In this document: positions 15,001 through 30,000 of the stretch, in pieces
Numbering within the stretch: position 1 is the first letter of the stretch
Layout of the letters: each line of letters begins with the position of its first letter
Origin: Eledone cirrhosa
Taxonomy: Eukaryota
Direction: 5' to 3'
DNA length: 64,000 nucleotides
Assembly (NCBI GenBank): GCA_964016885.1
Contig: OZ024742.1
Coordinates: forward strand, 11,346,001 to 11,410,000
Notes under the pieces: generated by a model
The model's input: only the letters and a program-made list of their open reading frames with translations
What the model was told of the DNA's origin: nothing
Databases searched by the model: none
Made by a program: the position numbers and the translations under genes

Positions 15001-18000
15001 ACGATTGCAGTGTGGTCACAGTGATGGTGATAAACAAGTCTGTAGAAAGATGACGATTGCAGTGTGGTCACAGTGATGGTGATAAACAACAGTCTGTAGA
15101 AGGATGACGATTGCAGTGTGGTCACATTGATGGTGATAAACAACAGTCTGTAGAAAGATAACTATTGCTGTGTGGTCACAGTGATGGTGATAAACAAGTC
15201 TGTAGAAAGATGACTATTGCAGAGTGGTCACAGTGATGGTGATAAACAAGTCTGTAGAAAGGTGACGATTGCAGTGTGGTCACAGTGATGGGGATAAACA
15301 ACAGTCTGTAGAAAGATGACGATTGCAGTGTGGTCACAGTGATGGTGATAAACAACAGTCTGTATAAAGCTGACTATTGCAGTGTCGTCACAGTGATGGT
15401 GATAAACAACAGTCTGAATAAAGCTGACTATTGCAGTGTCGTCACAGTGATGGGGATAAACAACAGTCTGTAGAAAGATGACGATTGCAGTGTGGTCACA
15501 GTGATGGTGATAAACAACAGTCTGTAGAAAGATGACGATTGCAGTGTGGTCACAGTGATGGTGATAAACAAGTCTGTAGAAAGATGATGATTGCAGTGTG
15601 GTCACAGTGATGGTGATAAACAACAGTCTGTAGAAAGATGACGATTGCTGTGTGGTCACAGAGATGGTGATAAACAACAGTCTGTAGAATGATGACGTTT
15701 GCAGTGTGGTCACAGTGATGGTGATAAACAACAGTCTAACGAAAGATGACTATTGCAGTGTAGTCACAGTGATGGTGATAAACAAGTCTGTAGAAAGATG
15801 ACTATTGCAGTGTGGTCACAGTGATGGTGATAAACAACAGTCTGTAGAAAGATGACGATTGCAGTGTGGTCACAGTGATGGTGATAAACAACAGTCTGTA
15901 GAAAGATGACTATTGCAGTGTGGTCACAGTGATGGTGATAAAAAACAGTCTGTAGAAAGATGGCGATTGCAGTGTGGTCACAGTGATGGTGATAAACAAG
16001 TCTGTAGAAAGATGACGATTGCAGTGTGGTCACAGTGATGGTGATAAACAAAGTCTGTAGAAAGATGGCGATTGCAGTGTGGTCACAGTGATCGTGATAA
16101 ACAACAGTCTGTAGAAAGATGATGATTGCAGTGTGGTCATAGTGATGGTGATAAACAACAGTCTGTAGAAAGAGTGCGATTGCAGTGTGGTCACAGTGAT
16201 GCTGATAAACAACAGTCTGTAGAAAGATTATGATTGCAGTGTGTTCATAGTGATGGTGATAAACAACTGTCTGTAGAAAGATGGCGATTGCAGTGTAGTC
16301 ACAATGATGGTGATAAACAACAGAATGTATAAAGATGACTATTGCAGTGTGGCCACAGTTATGGTGATAAACAAGTCTGTAGAAAGATGGCGATTGCAGT
16401 GTGGTCACAGTGATGGTGATAAACAAGTCTGTAGAAAGATGACTATTGCAGTGTGGTCACAGTGATGGTGATAAACAAGTCTGTAGAAAGATGACGATTG
16501 CAGTGTGGTCACATTGATGGGGATAAACAACAGTCTGTAGAAAGATGACGATTGCAGTGTGGTCACAGTGATGGTGATAAACAACAGTCTGTAGAAAGAT
16601 GACGATTGCAGTGTGGTCACAGTGATGGTGATAAACAATAGAATGTAGAAAGATGATGATTGCAGTGTGGTCACAGTGATGGTGATAAACAAGTCTGTAG
16701 AAAGATGACGATTGCAGTTTGGTCATAGTGATGGTGATAAACAACAGTCTGTAGAAAGATGACTATTGCAGTGTGGAAACAGTGATGGTGATAAACAAGT
16801 CTGTAGAAAGATGACGATTGCAGTGTGGTCACATTGATGGTGATAAACAACAGTCTGTAGAAAGATGGCGATTGCAGTGTGGTCACAGTGATGGTGATAA
16901 ACAACAGAATGTAGAAAGATAACTATTGCTGTGTGGTCACAGTGATGGTGATAAACAAGTCTGTAGAAAGACGACTATTGCAGAGCGGTCACAGTGATGG
17001 TGATAAACAAGTCTGTAGAAAGGTGACGATTGCAGTGTGGTCACAGTGATGGTGATAAACAAGTCTGTAGAAAGACGACTATTGCAGTGTGGTCACAGTG
17101 ATGGTGATAACAACAGTCTGTAGAAAGATGGCGATTGCAGTGTGGTCACAGTGATGGTGATAAACAACAGTCTGTAGAAAGCTGACTATTGCAGTGTCGT
17201 CACAGTGATGGTGATAAACAAAAGTCTGTAGAAAGATGACTATTGCAGTGTGGTCACATTGATGGTGATAAACAACAGTCTGTAGAAAGATGATGATTGC
17301 AGTGTGGTCACAGTGATGCTGATAAACAAGTCTGTAGAAAGATGACGATTGTAGTGTGGTCACATTGATGGTGATAAACAACAGTCTGTAGAGAGATGGC
17401 GATTGCAGTGTGGTCACAGTGATGGTGATAAACAACAGAATGTAGAAAGATAACTATTGCTGTGTGGTCACAGTGATGGTGATAAACAAGTCTGTAGAAA
17501 GATGACTATTGCAGTGTGGTTATAGTGATGGTGATAAACAAGTCTGTAGAAAGATGGCGATTGCAGTGTGGTCACAGTGATGGTGATAAACAACAGTCTG
17601 TAGAAAGATGGCGATTGCAGTGTGGTCACGGAGATGGTGATAAACAACATTCTGTAGATAGATAACGATTGCAGTGTGGTCACAGTGATGGTGATAAACA
17701 AGTCTGTAGAAAGATGGCGATTGCAGTGTGGTCTCAGTGATGGTGATAAAGAAGTCTGTAGAAAGATGGTGATTGCAGTGTGATCTCAGTGATGGTGATA
17801 AACAACAGTCGGTAGAAGATCGCGATTGCAGTGTGGTTACAGTGATGGTGATAAACAACAGTCTGTAGAAAGATGACGATTGCAGTGTGGTCACAGTGAT
17901 GGTGATAAACAACAGTCTGTAGAAAGATGGCGATTGCAGAGTGGTCACAGTGATGGTGATAAACAACAGTCTGTAGAAAGATGGCGATTGCAGTGTGGTC

Positions 18001-21000
18001 ACAGTGATGGTGATAAACAACTCTGTAGAAAGATGACGATTGCAGTGTGGTCACAGAGATGGTGATAAACAACAGTCTGTAGAAAGATGACGATTGCAGT
18101 GTGGTCACAGTGATGGTGATAAACAACAGTCTGTAGAAAGCTGACTATTGCAGTGTGGTCACAGTGATGGTGATAAAAAACAGTCTGTAGAAAGATGACT
18201 ATTGCAGTGTGGTCACAGTGATGGTGATAAACAACAGTCTGTAGAAAGATGACGATTGCAGTGTGGTCACAGTGATGGTGATAAACAAGTCTGTAGAAAG
18301 ATGACTATTGCAGTGTGGTCACAGTGATGGTGATAAACAAGTCTGTAGAAAGATGACGATTGCAGTGTGGTCACATTGATGGTGATAAACAACAGTCTGT
18401 AGAAAGATAACTATTGCTGTGTGGTCACAGTGATGGTGATAAACAAGTCTGTAGAAAGATGACTATTGCAGAGTGGTCACAGTGATGGTGATAAACAAGT
18501 CTGTAGAAAGGTGACTATTGCAGTGTGGTCACAGTGATGGTGATAAACAACAGTCTGTAGAAATATGACGATTGCAGTGTCGTGACAGTGATGGTGATAA
18601 ACAACAGTCTGTAGAAAGATGACTATTGCAGTGTGGTCACAGTGATGGTGATAAACAACAGTCTGTAGAAAGATGATGATTGCAGTGTGGTCACAGTGAT
18701 GGTGATAAACAAGTCTGTAGAAAGATGACGATTGCAGTGTGGTCACAGTGATGGTGATAAACAACAGTCTGATGAAAGATGGCGATTGCAGTGTGGTCAC
18801 AATGATGGTGATAAAAAACAGTCTGTAGAAATATGGCGATTGCAGTGTGGTCACAGTGATGGTGATAAACAAGTCTGTAGAAAGATGACGATTGCAGTGT
18901 GGTCACAGTGATGGTGATAAACAAGTCTGTAGAAAGATGACGATTGCAGTGTGGTCACAGTGATGGTGATAAACAACAGTCTGTAGAAGGATGACGATTG
19001 CAGTGTGGTCACATTGATGGTGATAAACAACAGTCTGTAGAAAGATAACTATTGCTGTGTGGTCACAGTGATGGTGATAAACAAGTCTGTAGAAAGATGA
19101 CTATTGCAGAGTGGTCACAGTGATGGTGATAAACAAGTCTGTAGAAAGGTGACGATTGCAGTGTGGTCACAGTGATGGGGATAAACAACAGTCTGTAGAA
19201 AGATGACGATTGCAGTGTGGTCACAGTGATGGTGATAAACAACAGTCTGTATAAAGCTGACTATTGCAGTGTCGTCACAGTGATGGTGATAAACAACAGT
19301 CTGTAGAAAGATGACTATTGCAGTGTGGTCACAGTGATGGTGATAAACAACAGTCTGTAGAAAGATGACGATTGCAGTGTGGTCACAGTGATGGTGATAA
19401 ACAAGTCTGTAGAAAGATGATGATTGCAGTGTGGTCACAGTGATGGTGATAAACAACAGTCTGTAGAAAGATGACGATTGCTGTGTGGTCACAGAGATGG
19501 TGATAAACAACAGTCTGTAGAATGATGACGTTTGCAGTGTGGTCACAGTGATGGTGATAAACAACAGTCTAACGAAAGATGACTATTGCAGTGTAGTCAC
19601 AGTGATGGTGATAAACAAGTCTGTAGAAAGATGACTATTGCAGTGTGGTCATAGTGATGGTGATAAACAACAGTCTGTAGAAAGATGACGATTGCAGTGT
19701 GGTCACAGTGATGGTGATAAACAACAGTCTGTAGAAAGATGACTATTGCAGTGTGGTCACAGTGATGGTGATAAAAAACAGTCTGTAGAAAGATGGCGAT
19801 TGCAGTGTGGTCACAGTGATGGTGATAAACAAGTCTGTAGAAAGATGACGATTGCAGTGTGGTCACAGTGATGGTGATAAACAAAGTCTGTAGAAAGATG
19901 GCGATTGCAGTGTGGTCACAGTGATGATGATAAACAACAGTCTGTAGAAAGATGACTATTGCAGTGTGGTCACAGTGATGGTGATAAACAACAGTCTGTA
20001 GAAAGATGACTATTGTAGTGTGGTCACAGTGATGGTGATAAACAAAGTCTGTAGAAAGATGACGATTGCAGTGTGGTCACAGTGATGGTGATAAACAACA
20101 GTCTGTAGAAAGATGACTATTGCAGTGTGGTCACAGTGATGGTGATAAACAAAGTCTGTAGAAAGATGACTATTGCAGTGTGGTCACAGTGATGGTGATA
20201 AACAACAGTCTGTAGAAAGATGACTATTGCAGTGTGGTCACAGTGATGGTGATAAACAAAGTCTGTAGAAAGATGACGATTGCAGTGTGGTCACAGTGAT
20301 GGTGATAAACAACAGTCTGTAGAAAGATGACTATTGCAGTGTGGTCACAGTGATCGTGATAAACAACAGTCTGTAGAAAGATGATGATTGCAGTGTGGTC
20401 ATAGTGATGGTGATAAACAACAGTCTGTAGAAAGAGTGCGATTGCAGTGTGGTCACAGTGATGCTGATAAACAACAGTCTGTAGAAAGATTATGATTGCA
20501 GTGTGTTCATAGTGATGGTGATAAACAACAGTCTGTAGAAAGATGGCGATTGCAGTGTAGTCACAATGATGGTGATAAACAACAGAATGTATAAAGATGA
20601 CTATTGCAGTGTGGCCACAGTTATGGTGATAAACAAGTCTGTAGAAAGATGGCGATTGCAGTGTGGTCACAGTGATGGTGATAAACAAGTCTGTAGAAAG
20701 ATGACTATTGCAGTGTGGTCACAGTGATGGTGATAAACAAGTCTGTAGAAAGATGACGATTGCAGTGTGGTCACATTGATGGTGATAAACAACAGTCTGT
20801 AGAAAGATAACTATTGCTGTGTGGTCACAGTGATGGTGATAAACAAGTCTGTAGAAAGATGACTATTGCAGAGTGGTCACAGTGATGGTGATAAACAAGT
20901 CTGTAGAAAGGTGACGATTGCAGTGTGGTCACAGTGATGGGGATAAACAACAGTCTGTAGAAAGATGACGATTGCAGTGTGGTCACAGTGATGGTGATAA

Positions 21001-24000
21001 ACAACAGTCTGTAGAAAGATGACGATTGCAGTGTGGTCACAGTGATGGTGATAAACAATAGAATGTAGAAAGATGATGATTGCAGTGTGGTCACAGTGAT
21101 GGTGATAAACAAGTCTGTAGAAAGATGACGATTGCAGTTTGGTCATAGTGATGGTGATAAACAACAGTCTGTAGAAAGATGAAGATTGCAGTGTGGTCAC
21201 AGAGATGGTGATAAACAAGTCTGTAGAAAGGTGACTATTGCAGTGTGGAAACAGTGATGGTGATAAACAAGTCTGTAGAAAGATGACGATTGCAGTGTCG
21301 TCACAGTGATGGTGATAAACAAAAGTCTGTAGAAAGATGACTATTGCAGTGTGGTCACATTGATGGTGATAAACAACAGTCTGTAGAAAGATGATGATTG
21401 CAGTGTGGTCACAGTGATGCTGATAAACAAGTCTGTAGAAAGATGACGATTGCAGTGTGGTCACATTGATGGTGATAAACAACAGTCTGTAGAGAGATGG
21501 CGATTGCAGTGTGGTCACAGTGATGGTGATAAACAACAGAATGTAGAAAGATAACTATTGCTGTGTGGTCACAGTGATGGTGATAAACAAGTCTGTAGAA
21601 AGATGACTATTGCAGTGTGGTTATAGTGATGGTGATAAACAAGTCTGTAGAAAGATGGCGATTGCAGTGTGGTCACAGTGATGGTGATAAACAACAGTCT
21701 GTAGAAAGATGGCGATTGCAGTGTGGTCACGGAGATGGTGATAAACAACATTCTGTAGATAGATAACGATTGCAGTGTGGTCACAGTGATGGTGATAAAC
21801 AAGTCTGTAGAAAGATGGCGATTGCAGTGTGGTCTCAGTGATGGTGATAAAGAAGTCTGTAGAAAGATGGTGATTGCAGTGTGATCTCAGTGATGGTGAT
21901 AAACAACAGTCGGTAGAAGATCGCGATTGCAGTGTGGTTACAGTGATGGTGATAAACAACAGTCTGTAGAAAGATGACGATTGCAGTGTGGTCACAGTGA
22001 TGGTGATAAACAACAGTCTGTAGAAAGATGGCGATTGCAGAGTGGTCACAGTGATGGTGATAAACAACAGTCTGTAGAAAGATGGCGATTGCAGTGTGGT
22101 CACAGTGATGGTGATAAACAACTCTGTAGAAAGATGACGATTGCAGTGTGGTCACAGAGATGGTGATAAACAACAGTCTGTAGAAAGATGACGATTGCAG
22201 TGTGGTCACAGTGATGGTGATAAACAACAGTCTGTAGAAAGCTGACTATTGCAGTGTGGTCACAGTGATGGTGATAAAAAACAGTCTGTAGAAAGATGAC
22301 TATTGCAGTGTGGTCACAGTGATGGTGATAAACAACAGTCTGTAGAAAGATGACGATTGCAGTGTGGTCACAGTGATGGTGATAAACAAGTCTGTAGAAA
22401 GATGACTATTGCAGTGTGGTCACAGTGATGGTGATAAACAAGTCTGTAGAAAGATGACGATTGCAGTGTGGTCACATTGATGGTGATAAACAACAGTCTG
22501 TAGAAAGATAACTATTGCTGTGTGGTCACAGTGATGGTGATAAACAAGTCTGTAGAAAGATGACTATTGCAGAGTGGTCACAGTGATGGTGATAAACAAG
22601 TCTGTAGAAAGGTGACTATTGCAGTGTGGTCACAGTGATGGTGATAAACAACAGTCTGTAGAAATATGACGATTGCAGTGTCGTGACAGTGATGGTGATA
22701 AACAACAGTCTGTAGAAAGATGACTATTGCAGTGTGGTCACAGTGATGGTGATAAACAACAGTCTGTAGAAAGATGATGATTGCAGTGTGGTCACAGTGA
22801 TGGTGATAAACAAGTCTGTAGAAAGATGACGATTGCAGTGTGGTCACAGTGATGGTGATAAACAACAGTCTGATGAAAGATGGCGATTGCAGTGTGGTCA
22901 CAATGATGGTGATAAAAAACAGTCTGTAGAAATATGGCGATTGCAGTGTGGTCACAGTGATGGTGATAAACAAGTCTGTACAAAGATGGCGATTGCAGTG
23001 TGGTCACAGTGATGGTGATAAACAAGTATGTAGAAAGATGACCTTTGCAGTGTGGTCACAGTGATGGTGATAAACAACAGTCTGTAGAAGGATGACGATT
23101 GCAGTGTGGTCACAGTGATGGTGATAAACAACAGTCTGTAGAAAGATGGCGATTGCAGTGTGGTTACAGTGATGGTGATAAACAACAGTCTGTAGAAAGA
23201 TGACGATTGCAGTGTGGTCACAGTGATGGTGATAAACAACAGTCTGAAGAAAGATGACTATTGCAGTGTGGTCACAGTGATGGTGATAAACAAGTCTGTA
23301 GAAAGATGACGATTGCAGTGTGGTCACAGCGATGGTGATAAACAAAGTCTGTAGAAAGATGACGATTGCAGTGTGGTCACAGCGATGGTGATAAACAAAG
23401 TCTGTAGAAAGATGGCGATTGCAGTGTGGTCACAGTGATCGTGATAAACAACAGTCTGTAGAAAGATGATGATTGCAGTGTGGTCATAGTGATGGTGATA
23501 AACAACAGTCTGTAGAAAGATGGCGATTGCAGTGTGGTCACATTGATGGTGATAAACAACAGTCTGTAGAAAGATGACTATTGCAGTGTGGTCACAGTGA
23601 TGGTGATAAACAACAGTCTGTAGAAAGATGATGATTGCAGTGTGTTCATAGTGATGGTGATAAACAACAGTCTGTAGAAAGATGGCGATTGCAGTGTAGT
23701 CACAATGATGGTGATAAACAACAGAATGTATAAAGATGACTATTGCAGTGTGGCCACAGTGATGGTGATAAACAACAGTCTGTAGAAAGATGACGATTGC
23801 AGTTTGGTCATAGTGATGGTGATTAACAACAGTCTGTAGAAAGATGACGATTGCAGTGTGGTCACAGTGATGGTGATAAACAAGTCTGTAGAAAGATGAC
23901 TATTGCAGTGTGGTCACAGTGATGGTGATAAACAAGTCTGTAGAAAGATGACGATTGCAGTGTGGTCACATTGATGGTGATAAACAACAGTCTGTAGAAA

Positions 24001-27000
24001 GATAACTATTGCTGTGTGGTCACAGTGATGGTGATAAACAAGTCTGTAGAAAGATGACTATTGCAGAGTGGTCACAGTGATGGTGATAAACAAGTCTGTA
24101 GAAAGGTGACGATTGCAGTGTGGTCACAGTGATGGTGATAAACAAGTCTGTAGAAAGATGACTATTGCAGTGTGGTCACAGTGATGGTGATAAACAAGTC
24201 TGTAGAAAGATGATGATTGCAGTGTGGTCACAGTGATGGTGATAAACAACAGTCTGTAGAAAGATGACGATTGCAGTGTGGTCACAGTGATGGGGATGAA
24301 CAACAGTCTGTAGAAAGATGACTATTGCAGTGTGGTCACAGTGATGGTGATAAACAAGTCTGTAGAAAGCTGACTATTGCAGTGTCGTCACAGTGATGGT
24401 GATAAACAACAGTCTGTAGAAAGCTGACTATTGCAGTGTGGTCACAGTGATGGTGATAAACAACAGTCTGTAGAAAGCTGACTATTGCAGTGTGGTCACA
24501 GTGATGGTGATAAACAAGTCTGTAGAAAGCTGACTATTGCAGTGTCGTCACAGTGATGGAGATAAACAACAGTCTGTAGAAAGCTGACTATTGCAGTGTC
24601 GTCACAGTGATGGAGATAAACAACAGTCTGTAGAAAGCTGACTATTGCAGTGTCGTCACAGTGATGGTGATAAACAACAGTCTGTAGAAAGATGACTATT
24701 GCAGTGTGGTCACAGTGATGGTGATAAACAAGTCTGTAGAAAGATGATGATTGCAGTGTGGTCACAGTGATGGTGATAAACAAGTCTGTAGAAAGATGAC
24801 GATTACAGTGTGGTCACATTGATGGTGATAAACAACAGTCTGTAGAAAGATGGCGATTGCAGTGTGGTCACAGTGATGGGGATAAATAACAGAATGTAGA
24901 AAGATAACTATTGCTGTGTGGTCACAGTGATAGTGATAAACAAGTCTGTAGAAAGATGACTATTGCAGTGTGGTCATAGTGATGGTGATAAACAAGTCTG
25001 TAGAAAGATGACGATTGCAGTGTGGTCACAGTGATGGTGATAAACAACAGTCTGTAGAAAGATGACGATTGCTGTGTGGTCACAGTGATGGTGATAAACA
25101 ACAGTCTGTAGAATGATGACGTTTGCAGTGTGGTCACAGTGATGGTGATAAACAACAGTCTAACGAAAGATGACTATTGCAGTGTGGTCACAGTGATGGT
25201 GATAAACAAGTCTGTAGAAAGATGACTATTGCAGTGTGGTCACAGTGATGGTGATAATCAACAGTCTGTAGAAAGCTGACTATTGCAGTGTAGTCACAGT
25301 GATGGCGATAAACAACAGTCTGTAGAAAGATGACTATTGCAGTGTGGTCACAGTGATGGTGATAAACAAGTCTGTAGAAAGATGACGATTGCAGTGTGGT
25401 CACAGTGATGGTGATAAACAACAGTCTGTAGAAAGATGACGATTGCAGTGTCGTCACAGTGATGGTGATAAACAATAGAATGTAGAAAGATGACGATTGC
25501 AGTGTGGTCACAGTGATGGTGATAAACAAGTCTGTAGAAAGATGACGATTGCAGTGTGGTCACAGTGATGGTGATAAACAATAGAATGTAGAAAGATGAC
25601 GATTGCAGTGTGGTCACAGTGATGGTGATAAACAAGTCTGTAGAAAGATGACGATTGCAGTGTGGTCACAGTGATGGTGATAAACAAGTATGTAGAAAGA
25701 TGACGATTGCAGTGTGGTCACAGTGATGGTGATAAACAAGTCTGTAGAAAGATAACGATTGCAGTGTGGTCACAGTGATGGTGATAAACAACAGTCTGTA
25801 GAAAGATGATGATTGCAGTGTGGCCACAGTGATGGTGATAAACAACAGTCTGTAGAAAGATGACGATTGCAGTGTGGTCACAGTGATGGTGATAAACAAC
25901 AGTCTGTAGAAAGATGGCGATTGCAGTGTGGTCACAGTGATGGGGATAAACAACAGTCTGTAGAAAGATGACTATTGCAGTGTGGCCACAGTGATGGTGA
26001 TAAACAAGTCTGTAGAAAGATGACGATTGCAGTGTGGTCACAGTGATGGTGATAAACAAAGTCTGTAGAAAGATGGCGATTGCAGTGTGGTCACAGTGAT
26101 CGTGATAAACAACAGTCTGTAGAAAGATGATGATTGCAGTGTGGTCATAGTGATGGTGATAAACAACAGTCTGTAGAAAGATGGCGATTGCACTGTGGTC
26201 ACAGTGATGGTGATAAACAACAGTCTGTAGAAAGATGATGATTGCAGTGTGTTCATAGTGATGGTGATAAACAACAGTCTGTAGAAAGATGGCGATTGCA
26301 GTGTAGTCACAATGATGGTGATAAACAACAGAATGTATAAAGATGACTATTGCAGTGTGGCCACAGTGATGGTGATAAACAACAGTCTGTAGAAAGATGA
26401 CGATTGAAGTTTGGTCATAGTGATGGTGATTAACAACAGTCTGTAGAAAGATGACGATTGCAGTGTGGTCACAGTGATAGTGATAAACATGTCTGTAGAA
26501 AGATGACTATTGCAGTGTGGTCACAGTGATGGTGATAAACAAGTCTGTAGAAAGATGACGATTGCAGTGTGGTCACAGTGATGGTGATAAACAAGTCTGT
26601 AGAAAGATGACGATTGCAGTGTGTTCACAGTGATGGTGATAAACAACAGTCTGTAGAAGGATGACGATTGCAGTGTGGTCACATTGATGGTGATAAACAA
26701 CAGTCTGTAGAAAGATAACTATTGCAGTGTGGTCACAGTGATGGTGATAAACAAGTCTGTAGAAAGATGGCTATTGCAGAGTGGTCACAGTGATGGTGAT
26801 AAACAAGTCTGTAGAAAGGTGACGATTGCAGTGTGGTCACAGTGATGGGGATAAACAACAGTCTGTAGAAAGATGACGATTGCAGTGTGGTCACAGTGAT
26901 GGTGATAAACAACAGTCTGTAGAAAGCTGACTATTGCAGTGTCGTCACAGTGATGGTGATAAACAACAGTCTGTAGAAAGATGACTATTGCAGTGTGGTC

Positions 27001-30000
27001 ACAGTGATGGTGATAAACAACAGTCTGTAGAAAGATGACGATTGCAGTGGGGTCACAGTGTTGGTGATAAACAAGTCTGTAGAAAGATGATGATTGCAGT
27101 GTGGTCACAGTGATGGTGATAAACAACAGTCTGTAGAAAGATGACGATTGCTGTGTGGTCACAGTGATGGTGATAAACAACAGTCTGTAGAATGATGACG
27201 TTTGCAGTGTGGTCACAGTGATGGTGATAAACAACAGTCTAACGAAAGATGACTATTGCAGTGTAGTCACAGTGATGGTGATAAACAAGTCTGTAGAAAG
27301 ATGGCGATTGCAGTGTGGTCACAGTGATGGTGATAAACAACAGTCTGTAGAAAGATGACGATTGCAGTGTGGTCACAGTGATGGTGATAAACAACAGTCT
27401 GTAGAAAGATGACTATTGCAGTGTGGTCACAGTGATGGTGATAAACAACAGTCTGATGAAAGATGGCGATTGCAGTTTGGTCACAATGATGGTGATAAAC
27501 AACAGTCTGATGAAAGATGGCGATTGCAGTGTGGTCACAATGATGGTGATAAAAAACAGTCTGTAGAAAGATGGCGATTGCAGTGTGGTCACAGTGATGG
27601 TGATAAACAAGTCTGTAGAAAGATGACGATTGCAGTGTGGTCACAGTGATGGTGATAAACAAAGTCTGTAGAAAGATGGCGATTGCAGTGTGGTCACAGT
27701 GATCGTGATAAACAACAGTCTGTAGAAAGATGATGATTGCAGTGTGGTCATAGTGATGGTGATAAACAACAGTCTGTAGAAAGAGTGCGATTGCAGTGTG
27801 GTCACAGTGATGCTGATAAACAACGGTCTGTAGAAAGATGATGATTGCAGTGTGTTCATAGTGATGGTGATAAACAACAGTCTGTAGAAAGATGGCGATT
27901 GCAGTGTAGTCACAATGATGGTGATAAACAACAGAATGTATAAAGATGACTATTGCAGTGTGGCCACAGTTATGGTGATAAACAAGTCTGTAGAAAGATG
28001 GCGATTGCAGTGTGGTCACAGTGATGGTGATAAACAAGTCTGTAGAAAGATGACTATTGCAGTGTGGTCACAGTGATGGTGATAAACAAGTCTGTAGAAA
28101 GATGACGATTGCAGTGTGGTCACATTGATGGTGATAAACAACAGTCTGTAGAAAGATAACTATTGCAGAGTGGTCACAGTGATGGTGATAAACAAGTCTG
28201 TAGAAAGGTGACGATTGCAGTGTGGTCACAGTGATGGTGATAAACAACAGTCTGTAGAAAGGTGACGATTGCAGTGTGGTCACAGTGATGGTGATAAACA
28301 ACAGTCTGTAGAAAGGTGACGATTGCAGTGTGGTCACAGTGATGGTGATAAACAACAGTCTGTAGAAAGATGACGATTGCAGTGTGGTCACAGTGATGGT
28401 GATAAACAACAGTCTGTAGAAAGATGACGATTGCAGTGTGGTCACAGTGATGGTGATAAACAATAGAATGTAGAAAGATGATGATTGCAGTGTGGTCACA
28501 GTGATGGTGATAAACAAGTCTGTAGAAAGATGACGATTGCAGTTTGGTCATAGTGATGGTGATAAACAACAGTCTGTAGAAAGATGAAGATTGCAGTGTG
28601 GTCACAGAGATGGTGATAAACAAGTCTGTAGAAAGGTGACTATTGCAGTGTGGAAACAGTGATGGTGATAAACAAGTCTGTAGAAAGATGACGATTGCAG
28701 TGTGGTCACATTGATGGTGATAAACAACAGTCTGTAGAAAGATGGCGATTGCAGTGTGGTCACAGTGATGGTGATAAACAACAGAATGTAGAAAGATAAC
28801 TATTGCTGTGTGGTCACAGTGATGGTGATAAACAAGTCTGTAGAAAGATGACTATTGCAGAGTGGTCACAGTGATGGTGATAAACAAGTCTGTAGAAAGG
28901 TGACGATTGCAGTGTGGTCACAGTGATGGTGATAAACAACAGTCTGTAGAAATATGACGATTGCAGTGTCGTCACAGTGATGGTGATAAACAACAGTCTG
29001 TAGAAAGCTGACTATTGCAGTGTCGTCACAGTGATGCTGATAAACAAAAGTCTGTAGAAAGATGACTATTGCAGTGTGGTCACATTGATGGTGATAAACA
29101 ACAGTCTGTAGAAAGATGATGATTGCAGTGTGGTCACAGTGATGGTGATAAACAAGTCTGTAGAAAGATGACGATTGCAGTGTGGTCACAGTGATGGGGA
29201 TAAACAACAGTCTGTAGAAAGATGACTATTGCAGTGTGGTCACAGTGATGGTGATAAACAACAGTCTGTAGAAAGATGGCGATTGCAGTGTGGTCACAGT
29301 GATGGTGATAAACAACAGTCTGTAGAAAGCTGACTATTGCAGTGTCGTCACAGTGATGCTGATAAACAAAAGTCTGTAGAAAGATGACTATTGCAGTGTG
29401 GTCACATTGATGGTGATAAACAACAGTCTGTAGAAAGATGATGATTGCAGTGTGGTCACAGTGATGCTGATAAACAAGTCTGTAGAAAGATGACGATTGC
29501 AGTGTGGTCACATTGATGGTGATAAACAACAGTCTGTAGAGAGATGGCGATTGCAGTGTGGTCACAGTGATGGTGATAAACAACAGAATGTAGAAAGATA
29601 ACTATTGCTGTGTGGTCACAGTGATGGTGATAAACAAGTCTGTAGAAAGATGACTATTGCAGTGTGGTTATAGTGATGGTGATAAACAAGTCTGTAGAAA
29701 GATGGCGATTGCAGTGTGGTCACAGTGATGGTGATAAACAACAGTCTGTAGAAAGATGGCGATTGCAGTGTGGTCTCAGTGATGGTGATAAAGAAGTCTG
29801 TAGAAAGATGGTGATTGCAGTGTGATCTCAGTGATGGTGATAAACAACAGTCGGTAGAAGATCGCGATTGCAGTGTGGTCACAGTGATGGTGATAAACAA
29901 CAGTCTGTAGAAAGATGACGATTGCAGTGTGGTCACAGTGATGGTGATAAACAACAGTCTGTAGAAAGATGGCGATTGCAGAGTGGTCACAGTGATGGTG